Positions 1 through 13,960 are shown, numbered from the stretch's first letter. The stretch: DNA of 64,000 nucleotides from Octopus sinensis (GCF_006345805.1 NC_042999.1:109988001-110052000), one strand, 5' to 3'. Made by a program: numbers and translations. The notes: generated from the sequence alone by a model not told the origin.

Positions 1-69
1 TTTGTATCTCAATAGACACACACGCACACATACAAATATATATATGAATACACATATATACTTACACAC

Positions 70-124
<55 letters not shown>

Positions 125-189
125 GTGTACTTACACATCTAGACATGTGCACGTGCACACACACATATACCCATATATGTGTGCGTGTA

Positions 190-430
190 TGATGATGATC
201 ATCATTATCATTATCATTTATTCCTCATCTTTCATGTTGACAAGAGTTGGATAACTCAACAGGGTCCAATAAGGACTGTATTGAGCTCCAGTGTCTGCTT
301 TGGTAGGATTTCAATGGCCGGATGCCTTTCTAATACCAACCCCTTTACAGATTGCATTAATTGCTTTATTTTTTTGTGACACTAGCATTAGTGAGGTCAC
401 TAAGAAATTTTGAAGACAAAGAAAAAGACT
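190..430 (-). mobile_element. Degenerate SINE type C (TGA-repeat tail)
   Basis: (CAT)n run followed by a decayed 'ggatgcctttctaataccaacc' block; aligns by eye with the better copy at 2081-2368. Confidence 0.6.
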
Positions 431-739
431 CCTTGATTGGCGAACTTGCTGTAGAAAAGGAAATGGCTTTATTCCAGGTATGACAGAGAGACGGGCACAA
501 GTGCTGTACAAGTGATACATGGCAACCCTACATTATATAACGATGGGAGGGAGTAGCATCAATGAAAACAATGATGGTGGTGATATAGTGTCAACGCATA
601 CTCTAAAAATATAAAACAGTGAATACAATAAAGAATAAGAATGAGGACAAAAAATCAGAAAGGTTGGGTGGATATGTTCGAAAAGGTGAAAGCTAGGCCA
701 CCAATATGAAGGTGGGGTTAGACTATTCCATTGATTCCT

Positions 740-870
740 GTAATTAAAAGATAGCTATTTTATTGACCCTGAAAGAGGAAAGGCAAAGTTGCAAGTGAGA
801 AGATTTGAACTCAGAATGTAATGAGCTGGAAGACTTGCTATTAAGCATTTTGTTTGATGAGCTACTGCCT
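740..870 (-). mobile_element. Degenerate SINE type B fragment
   Basis: 'ttgaccctgaaagaggaaaggcaaagttg...atttgaactcagaatgt' is a CpG-decayed version of the type B body. Confidence 0.65.
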
Positions 871-1700
871 TAATATATATATATACATGTATATTTAGAC
901 TTACAGACATACATATACATATGTACAAACACACACACACACACATTGATCAAATGATTGAATTATCCATTTACTTTGCTATTTATTTACCAAAATATGT
1001 GTCCATACATATATACGACTCAGACATGGCACAGGATTTTGGGTTCATACACACATGCACACACACAGACACACACGCATCATTATCTCATCTTGATTAT
1101 CACTTATTATCATTATTAAAATTTTTAATCCTCATTTAGTGGATCCTTTTCAAGATGAGCCTCTAATTAATAAGCTAAAGAATCCGCTCGAGTAAACCAT
1201 CTTTGAAACAGCCACAGACTAATTAAAAATTATTTGGTATTATTAGACTTGCAGAATTTAATCCTGCATTTCATTTATATTTCTATTAGTTTGATGCAAA
1301 TTGGAATTAGCAATAGCATAATTAAGGTACTTAATCTAATCCTATTGTAAGATTAAGTGTCAAGTAGAATCAAAGAATTAAAAACGGTACTGCAAACATG
1401 GAGGTAACGGGACGGAAACTGTCAAATTGTTGTGGTAGGTTTTCAGAAAACTCGTATAAAAATATGCATTCATATAAACAAACACCTTCCTACTTGCACA
1501 CCCACACAGACACACACAAACATACACACATGCCTACACTCTCTCACAAACATTTACATATGTAACACATGCTTATAAAAACAAATGTAGATGTGGATGC
1601 GTATTTATATGCATATGTGAGGGATGTTCATGTGAATGTGTGTGTGTAGAAAATTGTCTTTTATATAATGAATAAGAATGGATATATTTATCCAAATATA

Positions 1701-1764
<64 letters not shown>

Positions 1765-1774
1765 ATAAATGTAT

Positions 1775-1992
1775 CTCATGTGATTGCTGGTTACAATGCA
1801 TTTTCACATTGTTTTAGCCTTCAAATGACACCACCCCTCTGGCTGAGTGAGCAGGCCAACAATACCCTCTCATCGACAGGTAACTAAAACAATGTGAAAT
1901 GAAGTGTTTTGCTCAAAAACACAACGTGCCACCCAGTCAGGGAATTGAACCCTTGATTTAGCGATCGTGAGTGCAACAGCCTAACCACTAGG
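1775..1992 (-). mobile_element. tRNA-head SINE with type F tail
   Basis: Minus strand has an A-box-like TAGTGGTTAGG and B-box-like GGGTTCAATTCCC. Its tail 'gaaggctaaaacaatgtgaaaatgcattgtaaccagc' matches the tail of the copy at 59176-59425. Confidence 0.7.
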
Positions 1993-2080
1993 TTAGGCTG
2001 TTGCATGAGAGAGAGAGAGAGAGAGAGGGAAAAAGAGAGAGATAGGTACACAGAAAGACAGGCAAGGAGAGACAGGTACA

Positions 2081-2368
2081 CATCATCATCATTTAACGTC
2101 CGCTTTCCATGCTAGCATGGGTTGGACGATTTGACTGAGGTCTGGTGAACCAGTTGGCTGCACCAAACTCCAATCTGATCTGGCATAGTTTCTACAGCTG
2201 GATGCCCTTCCTAATGCCAACCACTTTGAGAGTGTAGCGGGTGCTTTTATGCGCCACCGGCATGAGGGCCAGTCAGGCGGTACTGGCAACAGTCAGGCGG
2301 TACTGGCAACAGTCACGCTCAAATGGTGATTTTTATATGCCACCTGCACAGGAGCCAGTCCAGCGGCA
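2081..2368 (-). mobile_element. SINE type C, well-preserved copy
   Basis: Minus strand carries 'ggttggcattaggaagggcatccagctgtagaaa...cggacgttaaatgatgatg'. Contains a 20-bp tandem duplication at 2270-2309. Related copies at about 3020-3415, 31520-31690, 33126-33320, 34372-34605, 43555-43750 and 46390-46560. Confidence 0.8.
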
Positions 2369-3586
2369 ATGAATTAAGTGTGTATGAATACCTTGGCTGA
2401 GGGATACTTTTCAAAAGGAAGCTGGATGGATTGCACCTGTAATACAAATGCACAGCTTTGTCACCTCCTCCTCATAGTGCAATCCTTCATGCACTAGCAT
2501 GGAGCTGACACACCCTTCACTCCAAGGAGCTTGTAGTACTGCAAGCTGCATAGTGACCTTAATAGTGCAGGTGGGATGAAAATAGCTCTGAGTTCATGCA
2601 GTAATGTGGTTGGCAGAGAAACCATGCCAAAATAGGCATTGGAGCATGATGCAGTCCTTGGACATATTGGATTCTGTCAAACCATTTGACTTATAACAAC
2701 ATGGAATACACATATTAATGAGAATGAAGGTGATTTGTCACACCAACTGTATCCTGGAAATAAGGTACAGGTACGTGTGGCTGAGGACTACTCATGTACT
2801 AACAGGCTAATTAATGAGCAAGTAACTCATTTGGTTCAAAAACAGCTGACACATTGATGAACTGAATGAATTATCCATTACTCTGCTATTTATTTAATTA
2901 ACATGTGTCCATACATATGTACAACACTGGCATGCTACAGGGTTTTGGGTTCAGTTTTACTGTGTGGCAAGTGACTACTATAGCTTCAGACCAACAAAAG
3001 CAAAACCATCTACATATATATCGTCATCATCATCATTATTTAACATCCATTGTCTATGCTGGGATGAGTTGGATGGTTTGACCAGGGCTGGCTAACTGGA
3101 AGACTGCACCAGACTCCAGTCTAGACACACACATACACACATATACAGCTTTTTCAGTTAGGATCATGCTTGTCGATGAGTTGACAGCCATCATATTTAT
3201 CTTATACATATATATATCTTTGCTTCATATATCATTATCCTCATCACCATCATCATTTAATGTCTATTTTTCCATGCTGCATGTGTTGGATGTTTTGACA
3301 GGATTTGATGAGCTGCAAGACTGTTGAGTTCCAGTGTCAGATTTAGTGTGTTTTCTATGGCTGGATGTCCTTCCTAATGCCAACCACTTTATGGAGTTTG
3401 CTGGGTGCTTTTTGTGTGTGTGTGTGTATGTATGTATGCATATATGACTGGCTGCTTCCAGTTTGTCTACCACTTTCTGTCTTTCACCAGTCTACCAAGC
3501 TAGTTCTCAACTTGCAGCTATCATGTACATACATAAACACACACACATTTATATCCATAAACACACACACACACACACACACATAA

Positions 3587-3745
3587 TGGGTTTCTTTCAA
3601 TTTCTGTCTACCAAATCTACTCATAAGGCTTTGGTTGCCCCAAGGATATGGTACAAAACATTAGCCCAACAGGCCATGCAGTGAGTCTGAACCCAGAACC
3701 TTGTGGTTGGGAAGCAAGCTTCTTACCACACAGACATGCCTGCAC
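3587..3745 (-). mobile_element. SINE type A head fragment (decayed)
   Basis: Reverse complement aligns to the type A head and CORE-like block seen intact at 62557-62960. Confidence 0.7.
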
Positions 3746-4462
3746 CTACATCATGGAAAAAAAAAAAACAGGAAAAAAAAAAAGAATTGCAGAATATCTT
3801 ATGATGAATGTTCTGAAATGTGGTTTGCCAGTGTATCTTGTTGAATTTGAGATCAAAAGAAAAATATAGTTACCGAGAGGTTAAATATTATTTATTAAGA
3901 CCAACATCAGCAGCAGTAGTAAGAACAAAATGCATTTCAAAGATGTTTTCTATATTTTCTACCCTCTGCAATGTGTAGAAGTATCTTTCATTACATGGCA
4001 CCGACCTTACCATATTACTGATTATTTATTGTGACAGACAAGAGCATGAAAAATAAATGTAATAAAACAGTCAACCAGCACTCTATTATTAATCATAATA
4101 ACCCAAATCATTGTATTAAGATTTTGTCATCTTTGCACCGAGTCAGAAATTTTTTGGTAATCAGGTTCATTTAATTCAGTTGACATCAGTACGTCTATCC
4201 TTCCCACCCAACAAAAGATAAAGATAAGCCCAACATTTGTAGAATTCTACATGCAATAATAGAAATAGTGATTTTTTTTCTCTCTTTTAACATAGATATA
4301 ATAACACTTTAGACATAGGAGTAAGTAAAGTTATGCAATTGTGGTGTTGATACAGATTCTCTTCTGATGGAAATACAGTAATACAAAAGAATTATAATTA
4401 AAACCTAAAACTTTATGAGTCAGAATATGATAGATAAATAGTTACATAGATAGATAGATAGA

Positions 4463-5184
4463 TTTATTAAGCCATGTAGGGCCGAACACAGAAGGGGCAA
4501 TACAATGTAGAAATTTTCTTTTCAAAATCAATCAATAGGGATTGAAAACGTTTTGTGATGTGTACACAAAGAGATAACAGCAGAAATTCTCAAATGGGGA
4601 AGAAAATATAACACTGACTAGGGTTACCCGTGGGAAGAAAAACCTATGGAAAAGAACCATGAGAGCAAAGCGCCCTTTCTCTTTTTGTTTTATGGGTTTA
4701 TTCTCAAAGTGGGTCCATCATTCATGCATATCCACCTTTTATTAAACTTTATATTAAACAAAACTTCCCTCTGTACTCTCACTTTCCTTTTCAGGTAATA
4801 CTTGAAAAAGTTGAGAGGTTGACCAAAAGGTAAAGTATTTGTCTCTAAGCCCTTCAAATGAATCCACCATACACATTCTTTCGCCATAGGTGCCAGTACA
4901 ATGAAAACTGCTTTGCCTTCCCAGTTAAAGAAGGTGGCAGGGCAATATTTATGATAGACTCGGTTGACAACCAGACTCGTCCCACACATGACAGCAGCCA
5001 TTCGACATAGAGCCACAGGTCTGAAATATTTGGACATTGCATGAGTGCATGCAGAATGGTTTCATCATTCTGACTGCATCTTGGGCAGCTTGGTTCGGTG
5101 TTTCTTGAACCGTGTCTGTAGACCTTATCTTGAATGGGCAATGCTCTCTGATAGCACTGCCAGGCCAGGAATCTCTGGAAAAGG
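4463..5184 (-). mobile_element. 5'-truncated Tx1/L1-clade LINE: ORF2 C-terminus (zf-RVT-like) plus 3' UTR
   Basis: Translates to FQRFLAWQCYQRALPIQDKVYRHG...CPRCSQNDETILHALMQCP (CxxC...H...C zinc knuckle typical of the L1/Tx1 ORF2 end). After one frameshift near 4925 it continues as EGKAVFIVLAPMAKECVWW...KRKVRVQREVL. The 3' UTR ends in AATAAA followed by (TCTA)n. Confidence 0.85.
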
Positions 5185-5389
5185 TAGATAGATAGATAGG
5201 TAGGTAGATGGATAGGTAGATAGATATCCCAACCATTCCTTTTCATTGTTTCATTGTTAATTTCACATTGTGAAATGCCCTGCCTCCACTTCTCCTATCA
5301 CAAAGAATTAACACTGAGAAAGCCTCTCATTTCACAGTATGGCACTGAAAAATATCATGGCAATAATAATAATAATAATAATAATAATC

Positions 5390-5986
5390 TTTTCTATTAT
5401 AGACACAAGGCCTGAAATTTTGGGGGAGGGGACTAGCTGATTACATCAACCCTAAAACGATGAAAGGCTAAGTCGACCTTGGCAGAATATGAACTCAGAA
5501 CATAAAAATGGACAAAATGTTGCTAAGCATTTTGCCTGGCATGTTAACGGTTCTGCTAGCTTGCCACTTTAATAATAATAATAATAATCCTTTTTCCAAT
5601 AGGCACAAGGTCTGAAACTTTGAAGGAGATGATAAGTCAATTACATTGACCCTAGTGCATAACTGGTACTTATTTCATCAACCCCAAAATGATGAAAGGC
5701 AAAGTAGACCTCTGCAAATTTGAACTCATAAAGATGGATGAAATGTTGTTAAGCATTTTACCTGGTGTGCTAATGATCGTGTAAGCTCACCACCTGAGGT
5801 TTTGGAGGAGGGGGTTAGTTGATTACACTGACCCCCCCCCCCCCCAGTGTTCAACTGGTACTTATTTCAACCCCAAAAGGTTAAAAGGCAAAGGAAATCT
5901 CAGCAAAATTTGAACTCAGAGTATAGCGAGTGAAATGCCTCTATACATTTCACCCAGCATGCTGATGATTCTGCTAACTAGCTGCC

Positions 5987-6043
<57 letters not shown>

Positions 6044-6355
6044 GTAATAATAATAATAATAATAGTTTCAAATTTTGCCACAAGGGCAGCAATTATGGGG
6101 AGGGGATGAGTCTATTACAACGACCCCAGCTTTCAACTGGTACTTATTTTTATCAACCCTGAAAGCATGAAAGGCAAAGTTGACCTCAGTGGAATTTGAA
6201 CTCAGAATGGAGCGATGGGCAAAATACCCCTAAGGATTTTGTTCAGCATGCTAACGATTTTGCCAGCTCACTTTGTCTTTCACCCTTTTAGGGTTAATAA
6301 ATGAAGTACCAATCAAGTACTGGGGTCTATGTAATCAGCTAGTCCCCTCTCCCAA
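5390..6355 (-). mobile_element. Cluster of four minus-strand SINE type B copies plus one plus-strand fragment, separated by (AAT)n
   Basis: Repeated 'gcacaagg.ctgaaatttt...tgaaaggcaaagt.gacct...tttgaactcagaa' blocks at about 5390-5570, 5590-5790, 5795-5990 and 6060-6270; plus-strand fragment at 6285-6355. Confidence 0.85.
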
Positions 6356-6759
6356 AACATCAATAACTTGTTAAATCCACATAAATCATTCATTTTGAAA
6401 AGGTGTTAGATATATGCAACTGAACTGATCTCTGCATATAACAGAAATAGGACTTCGGAGAAGATATGGTCAGTTTTGTAAGGGAGAGGAATCGAAGAAC
6501 ATTTGAGCCCAGATTATTACAATAAAAAATAAAAGTCCATAATGTACGCTTCCTGTTCTATGGCTGATTGATTAGCAATAGGAAGGGCATTGGACAGTAA
6601 AAAAATATTTATTTCCACAAAAATTTACTCTACTAATGCAAGAAAAAAACAGATTTTAAACAGTGTCGAAAAAAAAAACTGCTTCTAGTCCGGCTCACTA
6701 TGATTGTGCAATCTCCACCATTCTTAATATTTAGCATAAAAATAATAACAATAAGAAGA

Positions 6760-6827
6760 AGAATTGATAAATACTAATACTAATAATAATAATAATAATA
6801 ATGATGATGATGATGATGATGATAATA

Positions 6828-6872
<45 letters not shown>

Positions 6873-6920
6873 TAATAATAATAATAATAATGGGTAATAA
6901 TAATAATAATAATAATAGAT
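6760..6920. repeat. Compound (AAT)n/(GAT)n microsatellite
   Basis: Direct reading; explains the poly-I/Y/L ORFs at 6724-7146. Confidence 0.95.
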
Positions 6921-7151
6921 AACAAAAATTATTATTAATATTAATGGCTCTAATGATGTAAATAACAATAAGAAGATATATACGACATGAAAGTAAATTA
7001 AAGTTCAAAGAATTGTGAAAAAGATTTGATGGTATATGGTGGTGGTAAAGGTAGTGGTAGCGGTGGTGATGTTGGTGGTGGTAGAGTGGTAGAGGGCAAA
7101 AATCATTGTAAAGAGAATTGAGAGACAGTAAAGAAAAATTAAACATCTTAC

Positions 7152-7232
7152 CTTTGAGTAATCATTTCTGAAATTCAAGAGGTAACCTTGTAGGGGGGAA
7201 GGGCGTTATAAGAATCTTGGAGTGAAATGTAT
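7152..7232 (-). other. Candidate exon (minus strand)
   Basis: Acceptor 'ttcttattcatctgacctacag|' and strong donor 'AAAG|gtaaga'; 81 nt. All three frames contain a stop, so it is a terminal-coding, UTR or non-coding exon if real. Confidence 0.3.
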
Positions 7233-7649
7233 CTGTAGGTCAGATGAATAAGAATTTAAACAAAGTGCCAACATAAAGGTCAGTAAGAAATATAAATAGT
7301 AAACAGAGAAAATTGGAATACTTTAGCATTTATAATAATGATTTTGTTTAACGATGCTTGTGATATTAGGAAAATAATAATGATTATGGTAATTTTGTTT
7401 TGTGTAAAGACAAGGTTTATTTTCTAAGAAGCAAGCAAGAGAGTTGATATATTGTGTGTGTATTGTAGTTAGTTTTAATGATTCCCAGGAGGAGTTAAGG
7501 AGATTTTTATATGAATTAACTCAGAGTAGTAAACTACTTAAGATAGTACTACAAGGCATTATTTCAAGAAATATTGTCACTTCCATCATTCTGCTAATGT
7601 TCATAACATTAAAAAAAAAAACCCTCAAATATAATTATATATGCATGTG

Positions 7650-7672
7650 TACATTTCTGTATGTGTGTGGGG

Positions 7673-7708
<36 letters not shown>

Positions 7709-7964
7709 TACATATGTATACAGACATATAGATACATAGGTATACAAATGTGTGTGTGTGTATGGGTGGGGGGTTATTAACATATCTACAAACGTTGTTA
7801 TTGTAGTAACATTGTGTACAAGTTACATTTGTAGATATTACAATATATCCATGCACATTTTCTTATATATCTATAAAACTGATTTAAAATTCTATGTAAT
7901 TCTTTTATACATAGTATACAAACATACATGTGTGTGTATCGTTATCATGCTTCCATACACATAC

Positions 7965-7996
<32 letters not shown>

Positions 7997-8039
7997 ATTT
8001 CATATACATATATATGTGCACAAACATAAATATATATAC

Positions 8040-8077
<38 letters not shown>

Positions 8078-8955
8078 GATGATATATATATATAGATAGA
8101 TAGATAAAACTCACTTGGAAAAGGATGCGTGGCATTTTATCATATAATAATATAAATAATATATAAATATATGCATATATACATACATATACGTACATAC
8201 CTACATCTATATGTATATATACATGCATTGATGTCCTGTACCCATATATGCATGTATATAGATGTAGGTATGTATATATATATATATGCATATATTTATA
8301 TATTATATATAGATATGTATTTGTATATATGTCTTCACATAAACAAATGTTTATATGTACACACACTCACAAAGGTTTGGGGAAGCAAACAGGAGCAATG
8401 AAACCTGATCAATATGAGTACATTTAAGTATATTTTTAAAATCAGCAGCAAATGTACGTAAGGTCAACATCTTTATGCATTGCACTAATAAAATTAAAAT
8501 AACAGTTATGAATTTACTCTATGTGTATGTATGTTGGTATGTTGTCATGCATGTGTCCTGCATTATATATATATCACTCTGTAACTATCTATACATATAT
8601 CAGTGTGTGTGTATATATATATGTGTCTATAAACATCCATCCATATATATACTCATATATATATTTCTACATAAGCAAGTTTGTGTGTATATATATATAT
8701 ATATATATATGAAGATACATGCACACACACATATATAGACACACATTTATTTGAGCATATACATATAAATATATGTATATTTAACCATATTTATATATGT
8801 GTAAGCATACATATATATATATGCATACAGGTGTATATACAAAAATAAATGTGAGCATATATATATATAACTGCAAAAATGCATATACATACATACTATA
8901 TATATATACACACAAATATGCAAATACATATATACATATACACACAAATATGCAA

Positions 8956-9003
<48 letters not shown>

Positions 9004-9100
9004 ATACATAATATATATATACATACACACAACACACAAACACATATATATATATTTTCTAAACCACCTGTCTTTTTATTCTGTTTTTCACATGAATTCT

Positions 9101-9163
<63 letters not shown>

Positions 9164-9206
9164 GAAAACAAAATGAGACAAGACACATATATATACACAT
9201 GTAAGT

Positions 9207-9238
<32 letters not shown>

Positions 9239-9459
9239 TGCACAAACACGAAAATACCCACACACAGACATGTATACATTTTATTTTGGTTGAGTCAGTC
9301 CATTGCTATTCCGAGATTTGCCTGTCACTGCTTTGTCTTCATCAAGTTTGTACTTGCACCCACAGGTAGAAATGCAGGTAGAAATGCAGAGTAGCAAGAC
9401 CTTGCCTTCACGTAAACAAATTACATTAATCTCTACTATTTCCAGCAGCTAGAAGTAAT

Positions 9460-9496
<37 letters not shown>

Positions 9497-10032
9497 ATGT
9501 GTGTGTGTGTGTGTGTGTATGTATACATATATAGATAGATATATACACACACAAAAGGATACATATATATGTACACACGTGTATACATACTATATGTGCA
9601 CACACACACATATATATATATACACATAGAAAAAAACATATACTTAATTACTGACACCCATTTATAGGTATATATATATATATATATATATAATATTATA
9701 TATGTTGTGTGTGTGTGTGTGCACATACATACATACATACAGACAGACATATATATATATACATATACATATATATATATAAATATATATATATTATATA
9801 TATATTATATATATATATATATATAAAACCTGTCCAATCCATTGCAGCATTGAAAAGAGACATTAATTGGTGATGATGAAAATATATATATGTCTATATG
9901 TGTGTGTATATATCTATATCTATTTATATATGTATGTATATATATATTAACATATATAATTGTATATTTATCTATGAAGATATGTATGTGTGTGTATATA
10001 TATATATATTATATATAATATATATATATATA

Positions 10033-10071
<39 letters not shown>

Positions 10072-10170
10072 TACACACACACATGCACATACATGCAAGC
10101 ATATACATAAATATATTCATATAATGTTTTTGCACATTCAGAAACACACAGGTATATATATATATATTTT

Positions 10171-10211
<41 letters not shown>

Positions 10212-10400
10212 CATCTATATATATATATATATATATATACATATATACACACACACACATATCGTCATATATAATGTATACACACAGAAAAACGAATTAT
10301 GAGTGTCCAAAAAGAATGTATAGAATTTTAAAAACAATTTTTCTGCAAAGTAATATACACTAGATGGATGTGTGTCTAGTTGCAGACATAAATGCATGGT
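7650..10400. repeat. Dense (TA)n/(CA)n/(TG)n/(TATC)n microsatellite field
   Basis: Direct reading; source of the many IYIY/HTHT ORFs. Confidence 0.95.
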
Positions 10401-10989
10401 TAAGAATTTAGCATCCTATGGTTCAAGGTGTGTGGCTCTTTGGGCAAGTCCCATAGAAGCTGGCTGACTATGGTATTATGACAAATGAATTTATTAGAAG
10501 GAAACTGAAAGAATCCCCTTGAGCGTGTGTGTATGCATTTATGCATGTTTCCTTGTTTTGACATAGCATAATATTTGCAAAAGAGCATCACCACCATAGA
10601 AACCATGTCCTTTGTCTCCAGTCTTTTGAGAAACCAAGTCTGTCCATGGGGTATTATGTACTTATGTGGAAATAGGTGTGTTGGCAGCAGGGACATCACC
10701 CAACTATTGATGATCTGCCTCAAAACATTGTTTCTCTTGCATGCAGACAAAAAGAGGATGTTAAAATGATGACAGTGAGATGATTTTATATATATATATA
10801 TATATATATAATGTTGATGTGTATGTAAATACATATGTGAGTGTGTGTGTGTGTGTGTGTATGTGTGCATGTGAGTGTGTGTGCACGCACATTATAAAGA
10901 ATATAATCAAGTTATATAAAATTCACATAACAGTAAAATATAGGTATATATGTATGTGTATTATTTATGTGTGTGTATATATATATATC

Positions 10990-11402
10990 TCTTTACTCTT
11001 TTTTACTCTTTTTACTTGTTTCAGTCATTTGACTGCGGCCATGCTGGAGCACCGCCTTTAGTCGAGGAAATCGACCCCGGGACTTATTCTTTGTAAGCCC
11101 AGTACTTATTCTATCGGTCTCTTTTGCTGAACCGCTAAGTGACGGGGACGTAAACACACCAGCATCGGTTGTCAGGCAATGCTAGGGGGACAAACACAGA
11201 CACACAAACACATACACACACACTTATATATATATACATATATACGACAGGCTTCTTTCAGTTTCCGTCTACCAAATCCACTCACAAGGCATTGGTCGGC
11301 CCGGGGCTATAGCAGAAGACACTTGCCCAAGATGCCACGCAGTGGGACTGAACCCGGAACCATGTGGTTGGTTAGCAAGCTACTTACCACACAGCCACTC
11401 CT
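10990..11402 (-). mobile_element. SINE type A, full-length, young (tRNA head, CORE-like block, internal TA/TG microsatellite, GTAAAAGA-repeat tail)
   Basis: Minus strand reads 'ggagtggctgtgtggtaagtagcttgctaaccaaccacatggttccgggttcagtcccactgcgtggcatcttgggcaagtgtcttct'. CTTGGGCAAGT resembles the CORE-SINE motif; CpGs intact; near-identical to 62557-62960. Confidence 0.9.
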
Positions 11403-11624
11403 ATATATTTATAAATATATATCTATATATATATATATAGATATATACACACGCACACACACACACATATATATATATATATGCATGTGTATGTCCAAGA
11501 AAATCATAGAATTTTAAATAAATTATATGAAATTCAAATTACAATATTTACATATATACACACATATACATATATATATGTATATATGTATATGCATATA
11601 TGTGTGTGTATGTATATATATATG

Positions 11625-11659
<35 letters not shown>

Positions 11660-12931
11660 GTATGTAGTTGATTAAAATTTATGAAAATAAGTACATGTAA
11701 TGCAATATATATTTGTTAGATATATATATATAATTAATAATCATTTATTTTTATTATTGTTGTTGTTGTTATTATTATTATTATTACTATTATTATTATT
11801 ATTATTAAGTTTTAGTATTGAATAACTTATATATCCTATTTACCATTAACTTAATAAATGCATTAAAGTTGCAGACGTCATATTTAGTTATAATTTTCTT
11901 TTTTTAAAACTGACTTTTGATGTATGGGCATTGTAATTTATTCAATGTTTTAAATTTTTAATGCTGTTTATAAACTAATTAACAAACAGCTTTGATAACT
12001 AACAAGTGAAAATATAGTTCTATTTGTATTTGCAAGTGACTTGATTTAAGATCATGTATTGAAACTAAACCAAACACATCAATGAAAAACCTTTGTAACC
12101 ACACAAAACTCTAGAATTCACTTCTTCAACTTTTAATTTATTTTATGTTGTGCCCAAAGTTTCGTGGCACAACAGTGAGACCTTGTTGGCCACTGATGAA
12201 GATCCATTCATGGAATACATTTAAATTTGAAGTGAATTTAACAGCTTTGTATGCAATCAAATAGTTAGAATGGTTTTTCCACAATGCAATTACTTCAATT
12301 ATGAATAAAAAATATATAGGATATGATTTGCTTTTTTATGTAAAAGAGATGAAGTTATGAATGCTATAACAAAACTCTAATTATTGTTATTATTTGAAAA
12401 TTGACAAATGCTTCCTTCTTGTTTTTCCATTAACTAAAAATTCTTAAAATATTAAACAAGAACTTTGGTAAATAAAAAGGAACTAAATTTCGGCTGTTTG
12501 GAAGTATACTCTTTGGTATCAAAGGAACTGAATTTAAGTTAAATCCAAAGGTTACTAGTAAAAATAAAATTATCAGATTACTCTAACAAAACCTTAAATG
12601 AATGCTGAGAAGTATGAAAATGTGCATCATAAGATATTTAACAGCCTTTTTATATTTCTTAGGAATTTGAATTTCTCTAATGGTATGTGAAACAATAATA
12701 TGTAGGAAGTTCTGAATATATTCTAAAGAAACTATTTAGAATTTAGAAATTACTTCTAAACAAACAATATAGCATATTTATTTTTAATTTGGACTTGGTA
12801 AAGCAAAACACACAAAAAGTGCAATTTTTTTTTTTTCAGAAACATAAAAAAAAAAAAAAAACGGTAACAAATTGAAATAAGGGAGTAATGTGGATTCTAT
12901 TGCAAATGATAATAGAGGTGAAACAACACAC

Positions 12932-13002
12932 CTCAATACATATGTAAAATTTAACACCTGGTGTGCATTATCAAAATGTGTAGCAAGTAAAGTTTCCATC
13001 AA
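12932..13002 (-). CDS. Candidate exon LMETLLATHFDNAHQVLNFTYVL
   Basis: Acceptor 'gattgttttatag|' and donor 'GAG|gtgtgt'; 71 nt; only one open frame. No homology recognised. Confidence 0.25.
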
Positions 13003-13126
13003 CTATAAAACAATCCTAATCACCAAACTATTTTGATGAGTCTTTAGTGAATAACAGCTACTAACAACAAAAAATATATATATAAAAAGATAATATTTAA
13101 TGGAGAAATTGAAAACAAAAGAGGGC

Positions 13127-13167
<41 letters not shown>

Positions 13168-13960
13168 CTACTTAAATTAAACAAAAGATTTAGAAATAAC
13201 ACTTAGGAGAGAACATTCTTGATGTTCTTTTAAATCTTTGTGGGGAAACAAAAAAGTTACAAAACTAAACAGTAGAAAAATATAGAAAGATGAAAAGAAA
13301 TCAAAATTTTAAAAGAAATTTCCTAGAAAATGGGGGTTGAGTAGAAAGAAATATTCTTATAAGATAAAGAGATTATTAGCAATATAATAAGAGGGTAAGA
13401 GAAGATAAAAAGGGAAAATCAGAAACGAAGATCAAAGAAAAGCCAAAATGTAATTAAGTCATTTTTATAAGATAATTAAACGGATAGTCTACGTAAAATC
13501 ACCACATTTTTACAAGTGATTTCTTTGGTAACACGAGATGTGCAAAAATTTCAAAAATGAAGAGACACTGTTCAATACAAAACGGTCGAACAGCTGGACA
13601 GGCACACACACACACAGAGTTTTAACTGTCCTACACAATTACAGTTTTATTAATGAAATTACGGCTGCATAGCCATCCATATATGTCAAACGGAGTTTTG
13701 GTTATGATTAACGGACAAGGATTCTGGTGTATAGAAAAGAATTTCAATGAGGTTTAAGGGGAATTTCTCTTGATGGGGTGGGGTGGTAATTTTAAAGGAA
13801 ATTAGCGAAAAAAAAGGAAGAAATAAATAAAAGACAGCAACAACTGAATTGTGATGTAACGTCCACATAATCTTAAAGTTCTAATCAAGACATGTGAAAT
13901 GAAATGGTCTCAATCGGGAACTGAAACTGGTTAGCGCTTCTTAAATTCTCGGGAGTTTAC

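Noticed and set aside
4190-4250. Claudin-like N-terminus MITQRILQMLGLSLSFVGWEG from joining 7152 to an acceptor near 4250
   Set aside because: In-frame stop immediately after; resemblance is probably chance.
5935-7146. Poly-Asn, poly-Ile, poly-Tyr and poly-Leu ORFs
   Set aside because: Translations of (AAT)n tracts and SINE B fragments.
9290-9450. Unique island open in several frames on both strands
   Set aside because: No way to choose strand or frame; not phase-compatible with the proposed chain without extra assumptions.
7635-10400. Dozens of IYIY/CVCV/HTHT ORFs (also at 50.2-51.8 kb and 58.5-63.7 kb)
   Set aside because: Products of TA/CA/TG microsatellites.
12193-12225. CTGATGA followed by a small hairpin (hammerhead candidate)
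   Set aside because: No GAAA box or stem III/NUH follows.
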